Shown: piece by piece, positions 18,097 through 27,784 of the stretch
How positions within the stretch are numbered: the stretch's first letter is position 1
Layout of the letters: the number at the start of each line of letters is the position of its first letter
Origin: Methanobacteriota archaeon
GTDB lineage: Archaea; Thermoplasmatota; Poseidoniia; Poseidoniales; Thalassarchaeaceae
Direction: 5' to 3'
Length of the DNA stretch: 64,000 nt
Assembly (NCBI GenBank): GCA_014240285.1
Contig: JAAZXI010000004.1
Span: 1,476 to 65,475, forward strand
Notes under the pieces: generated by a model
The model's input: the letters and a program-made list of their open reading frames with translations, nothing else
Databases searched by the model: none
What the model was told of the DNA's origin: nothing
Program-made: the position numbers and the translations under genes

Positions 18097-18906
18097 AACG
18101 GCAAGCGGAGCTATTGAGAAGAGTGTGTCTCTGATCAACGAGCGGGTCGAAGCCCTAGCACGTGCGGTGATTCTCGACTGGATGTCCTCGTCCAGTTTTC
18201 CCATCATGTTTCCAGCGGGGCCCCTGACTTGTTCCAACGCACTCTCAACTGCATCAGCTCCCCTGTCCAACAGTCTCAAAACGAGATTTTCGATTGGCCC
18301 TTGTTTAGGCGCCGGGACATGTTCGCCATCTACAGTGTGCTCAACGTCAATCACCGTCTTCCAAGGCCGCGGTATCTCGATCTCGCCGACTCCCTTGAGA
18401 ATCTCTCGGCCCACCACGGCGGCCTGCACTGCCATCTTGGCTGTGGTGAGGTTGTACTTGGCGAGCATCTGGATGTCACGGCGCGAGCGGGTGACCTTGC
18501 CGAAGTCAGTAATCAACCAAGCCGCGCCGGCTATCAGGAGCAGGGCTACGCCGATTTGAGGAGTCTGCTCCCAACTAGGCCAGCCGATGGGGCCGAACCA
18601 GATGCGGGCGGTGATAGCGATTATCGCGGGGAGCAGGAATGCCAAGGCCTCGTTGGCGACTATCAACCAGAAGCCCTCAATCGGGAGCTTCTTCAGTCTC
18701 ACTGAGAACCACCTGAGGTGCTTCGTCCTCTCGCCGGGCGGTGCGTACGTGTTCACCAGATCTATCAGAGGTGGCATCACGAAAACCATCCTCAAAATGA
18801 AGGGGATTGCCAACATCAGTAGGTAAGCGTCCCATGGAGATGCGGGAGGCAGACTGGGGAAGGCGATGGCCTCTGACATTGGTGCTGAGTGGAGTCTGAC
18901 CCCCAT
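18070..18906 (-). CDS. Hypothetical membrane protein
   Basis: Several hydrophobic segments plus a soluble central part; no motif recognised. Start could be ATG 18906 or GTG 18915. The 3' end overlaps the MFS 3' end by 27 nt. Confidence 0.4.
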   Translation of the reverse strand: MGVRLHSAPMSEAIAFPSLPPASPWDAYLLMLAIPFILRMVFVMPPLIDLVNTYAPPGERTKHLRWFSVRLKKLPIEGFWLIVANEALAFLLPAIIAITARIWFGPIGWPSWEQTPQIGVALLLIAGAAWLITDFGKVTRSRRDIQMLAKYNLTTAKMAVQAAVVGREILKGVGEIEIPRPWKTVIDVEHTVDGEHVPAPKQGPIENLVLRLLDRGADAVESALEQVRGPAGNMMGKLDEDIQSRITARARASTRSLIRDTLFSIAPLAVLVGLQRLV

Positions 18907-18922
18907 CAACCTCACTACGGCC

Positions 18923-19357
18923 TCACATTGCGGACTCGCGCAGGGTGACAGCCTGATTCGTCGCTGATCTGACTAGAACAATGGCGATTACTGCCCCTGT
19001 TGCGAAGGCGGTGCCGATGTACTGGTGCGTATTGAAGAACAGCCACGCTAATCCCAGTAGGGACAGATAGGACACCACCTGGCAGATGATAGACAGTTTT
19101 AGCAGTATGACGAACTCTACGTCATCGGCGTTCTCGAACTCCTGGATGTAGGAGTTGATGAGGAAGAAGACAGCTTGGAAGGGGAGTGCGGCAGCCAGTA
19201 TGGCGAGACCGATTACGGTTCCCATGTCAGGATCCGCCGGATCCAGCTCCAGACCTCGGAACAGCATGTTACCCATATTGACACCGATGATTGCAGCGTG
19301 GATTGTCCACGCCTTGTCCGAAGGAGCGTTGTCCGCTTGGACATTCTTAGCAACCAT
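18923..19357 (-). CDS. Hypothetical small membrane protein (4 TM)
   Basis: Long non-overlapping ORF with an ATG start and four hydrophobic stretches. No motif recognised. Confidence 0.4.
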   Translation of the reverse strand: MVAKNVQADNAPSDKAWTIHAAIIGVNMGNMLFRGLELDPADPDMGTVIGLAILAAALPFQAVFFLINSYIQEFENADDVEFVILLKLSIICQVVSYLSLLGLAWLFFNTHQYIGTAFATGAVIAIVLVRSATNQAVTLRESAM

Positions 19358-19468
19358 GCCCGCGCTCGGTCTCGTAGCACTGTTGAATATTACTCTCGCA
19401 GAGCAATGCTCAGATGGTGTTCCGGGGTATGCGCTTACTTACCCAGCGCTTCCAGTAGATGGAATCAT

Positions 19469-20908
19469 TCAGGGGAGATCCTCTGTAGGGCCATTCACTT
19501 CCAGCAGTGCCGCCGTCCAGTCATTCTGAAAGACGCCTTGCGGATCAAACGTATTACAGACGGAGCGGAAAGTATCGAACTGCGGATAGAGGGATGTTAT
19601 CTCGTCGGCCTCAAGTGGGCACACCTTCCCCCAGTGCGGGCGCGCAAGGAACAGTTTTGACATGCTTCGGGCCATGAAGCTCGCGAACAGGAGGAAACTA
19701 GCATACCGAGCCGGCTTCGCGTAGCTGATGAAACTCAGCGCGTACCAGTCCTCACCCGCGCCGCTGGCCATCGAGATCAAGGTGTCATCTGGAAGCACCC
19801 GCCTCACGCAGATGGGAAAGTGGTGGCAATACTGGTCGTGAAGTCCGGCCAGTTCCTCCTGCATACCGAGCCCCTCAATCTGTCTCTGGTTGTCTGCAGA
19901 CAACACTGACTTCCTCCCGCCAGCGACCTCGATGGTTTCTTTGGCGAACCCAAGCGCATCCGCCAACTGATCTCGGCGCACGAACAATTCGATCTCGATG
20001 TGGCGGAAGGCATCGTGCTTCATCACCAGCATGGACGAGGAGCGGTCTGTGACCTTCCAGTTGCGAATCAAGAAGGTCGGGATGATACGTCGAAAGGCGA
20101 GCCTGATCAAGCGCCGGCTGCGCATGACGCGTTCCATGAAAAGAATCTGCAGGATCAAGCCGTAATCCATTGCTCCCATCCAATAGAGACGGTACAACCT
20201 AGCGAGACAGGAACGCGGTCGGTCATCCTCTCTCCGGTGCTGGATGAAGTAAGACCAACGCCAGGGCAAGAGGTAGAACTGCTGGAGCGGGAATGACGCT
20301 TCAGCGTCCAGAACGTCCGACAGCTGACGGGACTCGGTGAAATGCTCCTGAACATTGTACTGTTCGCGGCAGCGAATCTTCACAGCTAGGATGATTCCGA
20401 GCGATCCCAATGAGCAGCGGGCTGCCTGCAAAGATTCTCCGGCGTTCAGCTCCTCGATGGTCGCCTGACCACTGGAATCGTCATAGCGCGCCAGTCGCAC
20501 TCCCACTACATAGTGCGACATACTGTTGCGTCCCGAACCGTGAGTGCCGGTGGAAATCGCTCCGGCGATTGTCTGGGCCGTAATCAGCCCTAGCGAATGC
20601 AGGGTTGCTCCTTCGCGATTAAGCTCTTTGAGGAGGCGTTTAATCTGGCATCCGGCACCAACTGTTGCGACCAACTGGTCTCCATCGGACTGGAGCTGGA
20701 CATCGTTCAACCGACGCAGGTCCAGCAGCACGTCGTCACTGAGGACCGCTTCGCTCCAGCTATGTAATCTGCCGACGGCGCGAATGCGCTGGCCGTTGTG
20801 TCTGTCGAGAATCTGAAGGACTTCCTGCTCATCAGATGGAGTGTAGGCTGCCGACGGCCGAAGCACTTGGTTGCGGCCGAAATTCTTGCGTTGGACGCTC
20901 TGAACCAC
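19469..20908 (-). CDS. FAD-linked oxidase, D-arabinono-1,4-lactone / L-gulonolactone oxidase-like
   Basis: PCMH-type FAD-binding region (VGAGCQ...ITAQTIAGAISTGTHGSG) and an ALO-type C-terminus (ARPHWGKV). GTG start. Confidence 0.8.
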   Translation of the reverse strand: MVQSVQRKNFGRNQVLRPSAAYTPSDEQEVLQILDRHNGQRIRAVGRLHSWSEAVLSDDVLLDLRRLNDVQLQSDGDQLVATVGAGCQIKRLLKELNREGATLHSLGLITAQTIAGAISTGTHGSGRNSMSHYVVGVRLARYDDSSGQATIEELNAGESLQAARCSLGSLGIILAVKIRCREQYNVQEHFTESRQLSDVLDAEASFPLQQFYLLPWRWSYFIQHRREDDRPRSCLARLYRLYWMGAMDYGLILQILFMERVMRSRRLIRLAFRRIIPTFLIRNWKVTDRSSSMLVMKHDAFRHIEIELFVRRDQLADALGFAKETIEVAGGRKSVLSADNQRQIEGLGMQEELAGLHDQYCHHFPICVRRVLPDDTLISMASGAGEDWYALSFISYAKPARYASFLLFASFMARSMSKLFLARPHWGKVCPLEADEITSLYPQFDTFRSVCNTFDPQGVFQNDWTAALLEVNGPTEDLP

Positions 20909-20946
20909 GCGTCTGCGAAAGATGGTCTGGTATAGAAATCCCCGAC

Positions 20947-21468
20947 TTACCCATAAAGGTGCGAGAATCTGGCACGTACCTTCGCCAACTTAGGAGACAC
21001 CACTATCTGACAGTACGGATTATTGGGATTGTTAGAATAATAGTTGACGTGATAGTTCTCAGCCAACCAGAACCTCTCCAGCGGCACCACCTCGGTCACG
21101 ATGGGATCGGCGTAGTCGTCCGATATCTCCTCGATAACTGCTAATGCCTCCTCGCGTTGTTCTTGATTGGAGTGGAGTATGATGCTCCTGTATTGGGGGC
21201 CCACATCATTGCCCTGCCTGTTGAGTTGAGTGCTATCATGGATGCAGAAGAACACATCGAATAATTGCCTGCGGGAGATTACCTCGGGGTCGAATGAGAC
21301 CTGGACGACCTCGGCATGGCCGGTGCGCTTACCACAGACCTGTTCATAGGTCGGATTGTCGATGTGCCCTCCTGAATATCCCGGGATCACCTCGCTCACG
21401 CCACGTAGCCCCTTCAGCGCTCCTTCGACACACCAGAAGCAACCGCCGCCGAGGACTATGCTCTCCAT
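20947..21468 (-). CDS. msrA: Peptide-methionine (S)-S-oxide reductase
   Basis: GGGCFWCVEG active-site motif and GHAEVVQVSFDP. An ATG at 21468 (MESIVLGGGCFWC) lies 4 nt after the guaB stop. Confidence 0.9.
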   Translation of the reverse strand: MESIVLGGGCFWCVEGALKGLRGVSEVIPGYSGGHIDNPTYEQVCGKRTGHAEVVQVSFDPEVISRRQLFDVFFCIHDSTQLNRQGNDVGPQYRSIILHSNQEQREEALAVIEEISDDYADPIVTEVVPLERFWLAENYHVNYYSNNPNNPYCQIVVSPKLAKVRARFSHLYG

Positions 21469-21472
21469 CGCA

Positions 21473-22936
21473 TCACCTGCGGTAGTTGGGCGCCTCGCGG
21501 GTAATCTCGACATCGTGGACGTGGCTCTCAGAGAGTCCTGCGTTGGTGATACGTACGAAGTTGCAGTTGGTCTTCATCTCGGCTATGCTACCATTGCCAG
21601 TGTAACCCATCGAGGAGCGCAGGCCGCCTATCATCTGGTAGAGCACATTGTCCACAGGACCTCTTGCGGGCACTCGACCCTCGATTCCCTCTGGAACGTA
21701 CTTCTGAGTATCACCTTGCTCTGACTGAAAGTATCTCTCGTGAGCTCCCTGACTCATCGCCGAGACAGAGCCCATGCCACGGTACACCTTGTATGACCTG
21801 CCTTGGTACAAAATGGTCTCACCTGGAGACTCATCAGTCCCTGCTAGCATTGAACCAGCCATCACCGAATCGGCTCCTGCAGCTATCGCCTTGGCGATGT
21901 CTCCACTATACTTGATGCCACCATCAGCGACCACTGGGATATCGTTACCGATGCATGTCTCGACCACTCCCAGTACAGCAGTGAGCTGTGGAACCCCTAC
22001 TCCGGAGACTATCCTAGTAGTGCAGATGGATCCCGGACCGATTCCGACCTTCACTGCGTCCGCTCCGGCATCGATCAGCATCTCTGCTGCTGCCCCAGTG
22101 GCGATGTTTCCGGCGATGATTTGTGCGCTGTCTGCAGCTTGACTGCGAATCTCCCTGACAGTGTCGATGACTCCATGAGAGTGGCCGTGAGCGGTATCCA
22201 CCACCACGGCGTCAGCCCCCGCCTCGTACAGTGCTAGAGCGCGCTCGATCCCTTTGTCTCCAGTTCCAGTAGCTGCTGCTACCCTCAGACGACCCTGCGA
22301 GTCCTTGCACGATTTTGGATTGTCCCGGCTTTGCTGGATGTCGCGCACCGTCATCATGCCAGCACAGCCGCCGTCGTCATCGACCACAATGAGCTTCTCG
22401 ATGCGGTGCTGATGGAGGAGCTTCTTAGCGACCTCCGGGTCGACATGCTCGGGCACTGTGACGACATCGGTGGTCATCATGGTCGAGACCTTTACCGAGT
22501 CGTCGGAGACGAACCTGATGTCGCGGTTTGTGATGATGCCAACCAGCGACCCTGAGTCGTCTACGACAGGGAACCCAGAGAAACCGTGCTGCGACTTAAT
22601 CGCCCTCAGTTCCCCGATGGTGTTGTTGGGTGAAATGGTCACGGGGTCGAGGACTAATCCAGACTCGAAGCGCTTGACCCGATAGACCTCCGCGGCCTGA
22701 GACTCCACGCTCATGTTGCGGTGGATAACACCGATTCCGCCAGCTTGAGCCATGGCGATGGCCATGTTGTTCTCGGTCACGGTGTCCATCGCCGCTGAGA
22801 TGAGCGGGATGTTCAGGGGAATTGAATTTGTCAGACGGGTAGTGGTGTCTACCTCGGCCGGGAGGACCGCCGATTCAGCGGGCATCAGAAGGACGTCATC
22901 GAAGGTCAGAGCCTCGGGCATACCGTCTTGTGCCAT
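21473..22936 (-). CDS. guaB: IMP dehydrogenase
   Basis: [10 protein letters not shown], a CBS pair, [11 protein letters not shown] (catalytic Cys loop) and [11 protein letters not shown]. Confidence 0.95.
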   Translation of the reverse strand: MAQDGMPEALTFDDVLLMPAESAVLPAEVDTTTRLTNSIPLNIPLISAAMDTVTENNMAIAMAQAGGIGVIHRNMSVESQAAEVYRVKRFESGLVLDPVTISPNNTIGELRAIKSQHGFSGFPVVDDSGSLVGIITNRDIRFVSDDSVKVSTMMTTDVVTVPEHVDPEVAKKLLHQHRIEKLIVVDDDGGCAGMMTVRDIQQSRDNPKSCKDSQGRLRVAAATGTGDKGIERALALYEAGADAVVVDTAHGHSHGVIDTVREIRSQAADSAQIIAGNIATGAAAEMLIDAGADAVKVGIGPGSICTTRIVSGVGVPQLTAVLGVVETCIGNDIPVVADGGIKYSGDIAKAIAAGADSVMAGSMLAGTDESPGETILYQGRSYKVYRGMGSVSAMSQGAHERYFQSEQGDTQKYVPEGIEGRVPARGPVDNVLYQMIGGLRSSMGYTGNGSIAEMKTNCNFVRITNAGLSESHVHDVEITREAPNYRR

Positions 22937-23129
22937 TAGGTACGGCCTAAGGAGGCGATACTTGAACGATTCTATCCTAGCGGTAGAATGTGGTCTCCAA
23001 GACGCTAAAAGAGTTCGAAATGTTGTGGAATATTGGCTCGACTTTGGTGACCTCGTATGAGTTAAATTCCACAGTTAAACAACGGCTTCAAATATCATTG
23101 TTGGCCGGCCGCGGCACGAGGAGAGAGTA

Positions 23130-23573
23130 ATGTACGAGCTTGCTATGATTGGCTGGCGCGAGTGGGTTGGGATACCCGAACTCGAAGACGGGGCTTTACT
23201 GGCCAAGATGGACACTGGAGCGTGGTCGAATACGCTACATGCCAGCGACATTGAGATCATAGAGTCAGACATCGAGAGTCGCGTCCGATTCCGCCTTGAA
23301 GAGTACGGCGAGTGGATTGAGAGGCCAGTCCACGACTGGAGGCGCGTTCGCGACACCGGAGGTCACGAGACCATGCGTCCCGTGATTCGGACATCGCTGC
23401 AGATAGCCGGAATAGACTTCGACATCGAAGTCTGCCTGAAGGACCGTTCACTGATGCGGCACAGGTTCATCCTCGGACGTCGCTTCCTGCGCCAGCACTT
23501 CTGCGTCCACCCTGGTAGGCAGTGCATCCATCCAAACGAGCGTACGCTACCTAGGATTGTACTGGAATATTGA
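23130..23573 (+). CDS. Retropepsin-like protease of the RimB / 'ATP-dependent zinc protease' (PF05618-like) family
   Basis: IGWREWVGIPEL...LLAKMDTGAWSNTLHA (D-T-G), ...VRF..., MRPVIRT, FILGRRFL. These are collinear with the family as I remember it. An SD-like AGGAGAGAG sits upstream. Confidence 0.7.
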   Translation: MYELAMIGWREWVGIPELEDGALLAKMDTGAWSNTLHASDIEIIESDIESRVRFRLEEYGEWIERPVHDWRRVRDTGGHETMRPVIRTSLQIAGIDFDIEVCLKDRSLMRHRFILGRRFLRQHFCVHPGRQCIHPNERTLPRIVLEY

Positions 23574-23589
23574 TTTCACCAGTCCTCAA

Positions 23590-24273
23590 ATGCTCCCTCT
23601 TCCACGGCCCCCCATGGCCATGGCAGGAGCAGAAGCACCCTATGACTCCGGCGAGCCGTCGCCGTGGTGGCTGAAAGGACTGGCCATCTTCATGGCACTG
23701 GTGGTGGTGTTCATGCTATTCAATACCGCAATGGGCATTCTTTCTCCAATGCTGGTCGATAGTTTCATGCCTGAGGATTTCGAGGATATCGAACCCTATC
23801 CGGAGGATGGTACGGAGGAGGAGAAGGCGGAATGGGACAGGTCGAATGCGGAATGGGATGCGATGGTGGAATACATGGACGACATGATGGGGGTGTTGGA
23901 GTTCTCAGCCGTACACAGCGGCTTGCTTGCCCTCATAGGACTGTTCTGCATTCCAGTGCTGTGGAGGGGTGACCGAGATCTTGGAGTCAAACTGGTAGGG
24001 GCGTGGATAGGGGTCAACTTCCTAGGGGGCATGGGCATGATGTGGATGATGTCGAGGGTTGGTTTCATGCCCGACTTTGATTATGGTCCTGAGACGGAGG
24101 CGGTGGATTTTGAGTTCATAGAAACGCTCAGCGTGGTTAGTGGATATGCTCAGATAATTCTCTGCAACGTTTGTTTCCTAGGAATCCTAGCTCTGGCGGC
24201 GAGTAAGTCAAAGCCTGCGACCTCCTTTGACATACCCTCTGGATTCCGTCCTGATGAGCCGCCCCAATATTGA
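23590..24273 (+). CDS. Hypothetical 4-TM membrane protein with an acidic loop
   Basis: ATG at 23590; the ORF track starts at TTG 23557. It has hydrophobic helices and an EDFEDIEPYPEDGTEEEKAEWD loop. Confidence 0.45.
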   Translation: MLPLPRPPMAMAGAEAPYDSGEPSPWWLKGLAIFMALVVVFMLFNTAMGILSPMLVDSFMPEDFEDIEPYPEDGTEEEKAEWDRSNAEWDAMVEYMDDMMGVLEFSAVHSGLLALIGLFCIPVLWRGDRDLGVKLVGAWIGVNFLGGMGMMWMMSRVGFMPDFDYGPETEAVDFEFIETLSVVSGYAQIILCNVCFLGILALAASKSKPATSFDIPSGFRPDEPPQY

Positions 24274-24298
24274 ATATCTTCCACTTTGCGGTAGGAAC

Positions 24299-24634
24299 AT
24301 GGAACAGATGGTCCAAGGCATACTAGTGGTGAACACGGAAACAATACCGGGCATGATGATTACCGAAACTCTCGGGGTTGTCAGCGGCTCGACAGTGAGG
24401 GCCAAGCATCTAGGAAAGGATATTTTTGCAGGCCTCAAGAACATAGTTGGAGGGGAACTGTCACAGTATACGGAGCTTCTTCAGGAGTCCCGTGAGGAAG
24501 CTGTCGGAAGAATGGTCGCAGATGCGATGTCGCGAGGAGCCAATGCGGTTGTGAATGTCAGATTCGCTACTTCGGCAATCACTGCAGGTGCTGCAGAACT
24601 GTTTGCCTACGGTACAGCGGTTAAGGCCGAGTAA
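24299..24634 (+). CDS. YbjQ/UPF0145 family protein
   Basis: LGVVSGSTVRAKHLGKDIFAGLKNIVGGEL...EAVGRMVADAMSRGANAVVNVRF...FAYGTAVK is collinear with E. coli YbjQ. ATG at 24299. Confidence 0.8.
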   Translation: MEQMVQGILVVNTETIPGMMITETLGVVSGSTVRAKHLGKDIFAGLKNIVGGELSQYTELLQESREEAVGRMVADAMSRGANAVVNVRFATSAITAGAAELFAYGTAVKAE

Positions 24635-24648
24635 TCGGGGGTTTTTCG

Positions 24649-25188
24649 ATGGTAGATGTAGGTGGCTTGCTGGTACTAGGAATAATCTTAGTAATACTCC
24701 TTCCCTTCTTACTTCTTGCTTTAATCGGAATGTTGTGGACGGTAGCCTATCCACTGATGCTCTGTTGGGCTGTCCTCTTCAGCGGCAAGAAACTGGATCA
24801 GCAGATTGCCAGCACAGCGTCGAGAGAAGCCTCGCTAAGAGAGTCACTCGGTCGCGACCCCCTCACGACCATTGACGGCGGATACCGCACCGACATCACC
24901 TCTTGCGGTGTGGTTTGGTCCGGAGTAGTCTTCGGACCCAGTCACTGGCACCTCCTAATAGGCTGGATTAACAATCTGACAGGGGGTTCGGTTGACATAT
25001 TCCAGAAGGTAGTGTCTGCAGGAAGGGCTGAGGCTATGCAGCGGTTGCGAGAGAAGGCTCTTGCTGAGGGATATGAAGATGTGATAAATGTCCGAATAGA
25101 TACCTCTGATATGACTCCTCAAGGAGCGCGGAAGAGCATCAAGGCAGTAGAGATCTTCGCTTACGGAACTGGTGTGAAGTACACCTAG
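24649..25188 (+). CDS. Membrane-anchored divergent YbjQ-like protein
   Basis: Two N-terminal TM helices, then ...NNLTGGSVDIF...AEAMQRLREKALAEGYEDVINVRID...EIFAYGTGVKY. Confidence 0.6.
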   Translation: MVDVGGLLVLGIILVILLPFLLLALIGMLWTVAYPLMLCWAVLFSGKKLDQQIASTASREASLRESLGRDPLTTIDGGYRTDITSCGVVWSGVVFGPSHWHLLIGWINNLTGGSVDIFQKVVSAGRAEAMQRLREKALAEGYEDVINVRIDTSDMTPQGARKSIKAVEIFAYGTGVKYT

Positions 25189-26669
25189 GACTCGTTGTAG
25201 ATTGGTGTCTCGTCTAGATGCATGGCGAGATTGAACAGCCACCACGATATCAGGTCGAATGATTCCACGAGATTCTGGACACCGGTTCCGTTGTCAGTCA
25301 CCATCATGTCGACCATTGTATCGAGAGTGTCGCACGGTCCGTGGTAGCAATCCGAGCCGCCAGTGAGCGAGCCGAAATCCATCGAGACCACCCCGAGCTG
25401 GTCTGCTATCCTCTCGTAGTCGCTCCTCCCTCTCTGCGACTCGTGCACCGATATCGAGAGTCTCTTCTGGTCGCTGGAGTCAACGTCCTTCATCGAGGCG
25501 TAACCCTCGGTGTTGTAGATCTCCCTTCCTAGGCGCAGCGCCTCAGTGATGTCGTTGTTGTTCGAACCAACCCACTCAGCGAGTCTAACCATAGGCCACT
25601 GCTCGTTGATCTGATTGTCCGTCTCGGGAATGATGTCGACTACTAGGGTGTAATAACCCGGCCAGTTAGTCCCGACTGCATCCGCATTGAGGTAGTTTGA
25701 CAGGGTGACTCCTGACGGGATGTTCTCTATCCATCTGTCAACTCCATCGTAGCCGTTCTCCTCGTTAGACCAGAAGCAGACGGCGATGGTTCTGCGGTGA
25801 TCGAACTGCGCGAGACCCCGGGCTGCCTCTAGCACCAGAGCCACACCAGCGCCGTTGTCGTGCGCTCCGATGTGGGTTCCTCCTCCGGGTGGGCTTCCCG
25901 CCTCGGCGATGTCGAGATGGGCTCCCAGAACCAGCCATTCGTCGGGGAATGTTGTCCCCTCCTTGTAGCCGCAGACATTGACCGCGTAGGAAAAATCAGA
26001 AATCCAGTAACGGTGAATCTGCGTGTCGTAGCCCATCACCTGCAGTTCGCTCTGCATGAAATTGGCAGCCCTCATGTACACCGGATCGTGCAGGGTGAAA
26101 GGTCCCCATCGATCGTTGTAGCCAGAATCAGGATCAGCGAACAACTCTAACCACTCGAAGACGTTGAGGCCGTCGATTATACCGGTGCTGTGCAGTGCTC
26201 CGTCTTCCACTGTATACGCTGAGTCGTTCTCCCTTGCTACAGGGTGCTCGATGTAGGCGTATGGTGACTGCTCGAACTCGCTCGAGGAGAACCATTCCGT
26301 CCAACTCTGGTTGGTCGCTCGCAGCGACCAGGTGTCCCTACCCAATTCTCCCAGTAGGAAGTGAGTTGAATTGAGATTTGATGGCGCCAGCAGCTCTACG
26401 CTTGTCGAGCCGGCACCTTTGAAGTCCAGCGTGGTCCCATTGACGACATATCCAGACTCCTCATCCATGACGAGGTATGGGACATATACGCTCATCGGGC
26501 TTGATGCAGTGACCTCTACAGTCTGGAACTGCGCACCTATGAGCACCTCAGGAGAAATTGTCAGGTCGTCGGTCGAAATCAACTCGGCATCCCTTCCTGG
26601 GGAGAAGCATCCAGTTAGGCTGGTAGCAATAATGACGAGCGCGAGGCATGCGGCACGGGCCCGGGTCAT
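25185..26669 (-). CDS. M28-family aminopeptidase, lipoprotein-type signal
   Basis: An ATG at 26669 gives MTRARAACLALVIIATSLTGC. M28 metal-ligand region: LVLGAHLDIA...GAHDNGAGVALVLEAARGL...FWSNEENG. Confidence 0.8.
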   Translation of the reverse strand: MTRARAACLALVIIATSLTGCFSPGRDAELISTDDLTISPEVLIGAQFQTVEVTASSPMSVYVPYLVMDEESGYVVNGTTLDFKGAGSTSVELLAPSNLNSTHFLLGELGRDTWSLRATNQSWTEWFSSSEFEQSPYAYIEHPVARENDSAYTVEDGALHSTGIIDGLNVFEWLELFADPDSGYNDRWGPFTLHDPVYMRAANFMQSELQVMGYDTQIHRYWISDFSYAVNVCGYKEGTTFPDEWLVLGAHLDIAEAGSPPGGGTHIGAHDNGAGVALVLEAARGLAQFDHRRTIAVCFWSNEENGYDGVDRWIENIPSGVTLSNYLNADAVGTNWPGYYTLVVDIIPETDNQINEQWPMVRLAEWVGSNNNDITEALRLGREIYNTEGYASMKDVDSSDQKRLSISVHESQRGRSDYERIADQLGVVSMDFGSLTGGSDCYHGPCDTLDTMVDMMVTDNGTGVQNLVESFDLISWWLFNLAMHLDETPIYNES

Positions 26670-26767
26670 CGATGTGGATTGGTGCTGGATGTATATCAGT
26701 TCAGCCGAACAAGGCAGTTTCAAGACTGAGTGGCCCCACGCATGTTCCCTGACTCGGAGGTAAGTGT

Positions 26768-27784
26768 ATGCAGAATCCGATTACGCGCATTGAGCCAAAG
26801 ATAGCTGCGCGTCTTTCGAAGCAGAAGTACCAACTCGTCGGCGAGCACGGTGGCGTCAAGGTCTGCCACTGGACCAAGCAGAGCCTGATCAACGACCGTT
26901 CGTGCTACAAGGGCACCTTCTACGGCATCGAGAGCCATGGCTGCATGCAGATGGCCCCCAATGTGGACACTTGCAACCTCGCCTGCACATACTGCTGGAG
27001 AGAGCCGCATTCAGACACATTGCACAAGATTGACGACGACCCGTACGAGTTGTTCCTAGAATCGGTCCGTGGCCACCGTCGTCTCATCACTGGATACGGA
27101 GGCAACCCGAAGGCTGATCCGGAGAAGTTTCGCGAGGCGCAGAACCCGAAGCACGTTGCCATCTCACTCAACGGCGAGCCCACGCTATACTCTCGCCTAG
27201 GTGAGTTCCTCGACATCTGTCACCAGCACGGAGTCTCCACCTTCCTCGTGACCAACGGCAGTCTGCCCAAGGTCATCGAGAAGCTCGACCCGTTACCCAC
27301 ACAGCTCTACGTCAGTGTGGATGCTCCCAACAAGGAAATCTTCGACAGGCTTTGCAAGCCCAAGTTCGACCAAGCAGCATTTCACAAACTCGAGCAGACC
27401 CTCGAACTGCTGCCCAGTCTCGACACCCGAACAGTGTGCCGTCATACGCTCATCAAGGGCGAATCGCTAGGTCACCACGAGGACTATGCGCGCCTTGACA
27501 ACATCGCCGATCCGGATTTCATCGAGGCAAAGGGATACGTGTATGTCGGCAACAGCCGCAACAACCTAGCCATCGAGAATATGCCCAGTCACGACGATGT
27601 GATGGGTTTCTCCCACCGCCTAGCGCCGCTTGTCGGGCGCGAGGTTCTCTCTGACCGCAGTGAGAGTCGTGTTGCTCTGATTGGCAGGGAGATGGTTCCA
27701 ATTACCCTACCAGAGAAGGTGCGCGAGCTACCCAAAGATCTCGGAATCGCCAAGCCACAGCGGTATATGTTGCCTCAAGCCTGA
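26768..27784 (+). CDS. taw1: tRNA 4-demethylwyosine synthase (radical SAM, Taw1/TYW1)
   Basis: YKGTFYGIESHGCMQMAP and CNLACTYCWR (CxxxCxxC), plus an N-terminal Cys (VKVCHW). Size is about that of archaeal Taw1. Confidence 0.85.
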   Translation: MQNPITRIEPKIAARLSKQKYQLVGEHGGVKVCHWTKQSLINDRSCYKGTFYGIESHGCMQMAPNVDTCNLACTYCWREPHSDTLHKIDDDPYELFLESVRGHRRLITGYGGNPKADPEKFREAQNPKHVAISLNGEPTLYSRLGEFLDICHQHGVSTFLVTNGSLPKVIEKLDPLPTQLYVSVDAPNKEIFDRLCKPKFDQAAFHKLEQTLELLPSLDTRTVCRHTLIKGESLGHHEDYARLDNIADPDFIEAKGYVYVGNSRNNLAIENMPSHDDVMGFSHRLAPLVGREVLSDRSESRVALIGREMVPITLPEKVRELPKDLGIAKPQRYMLPQA

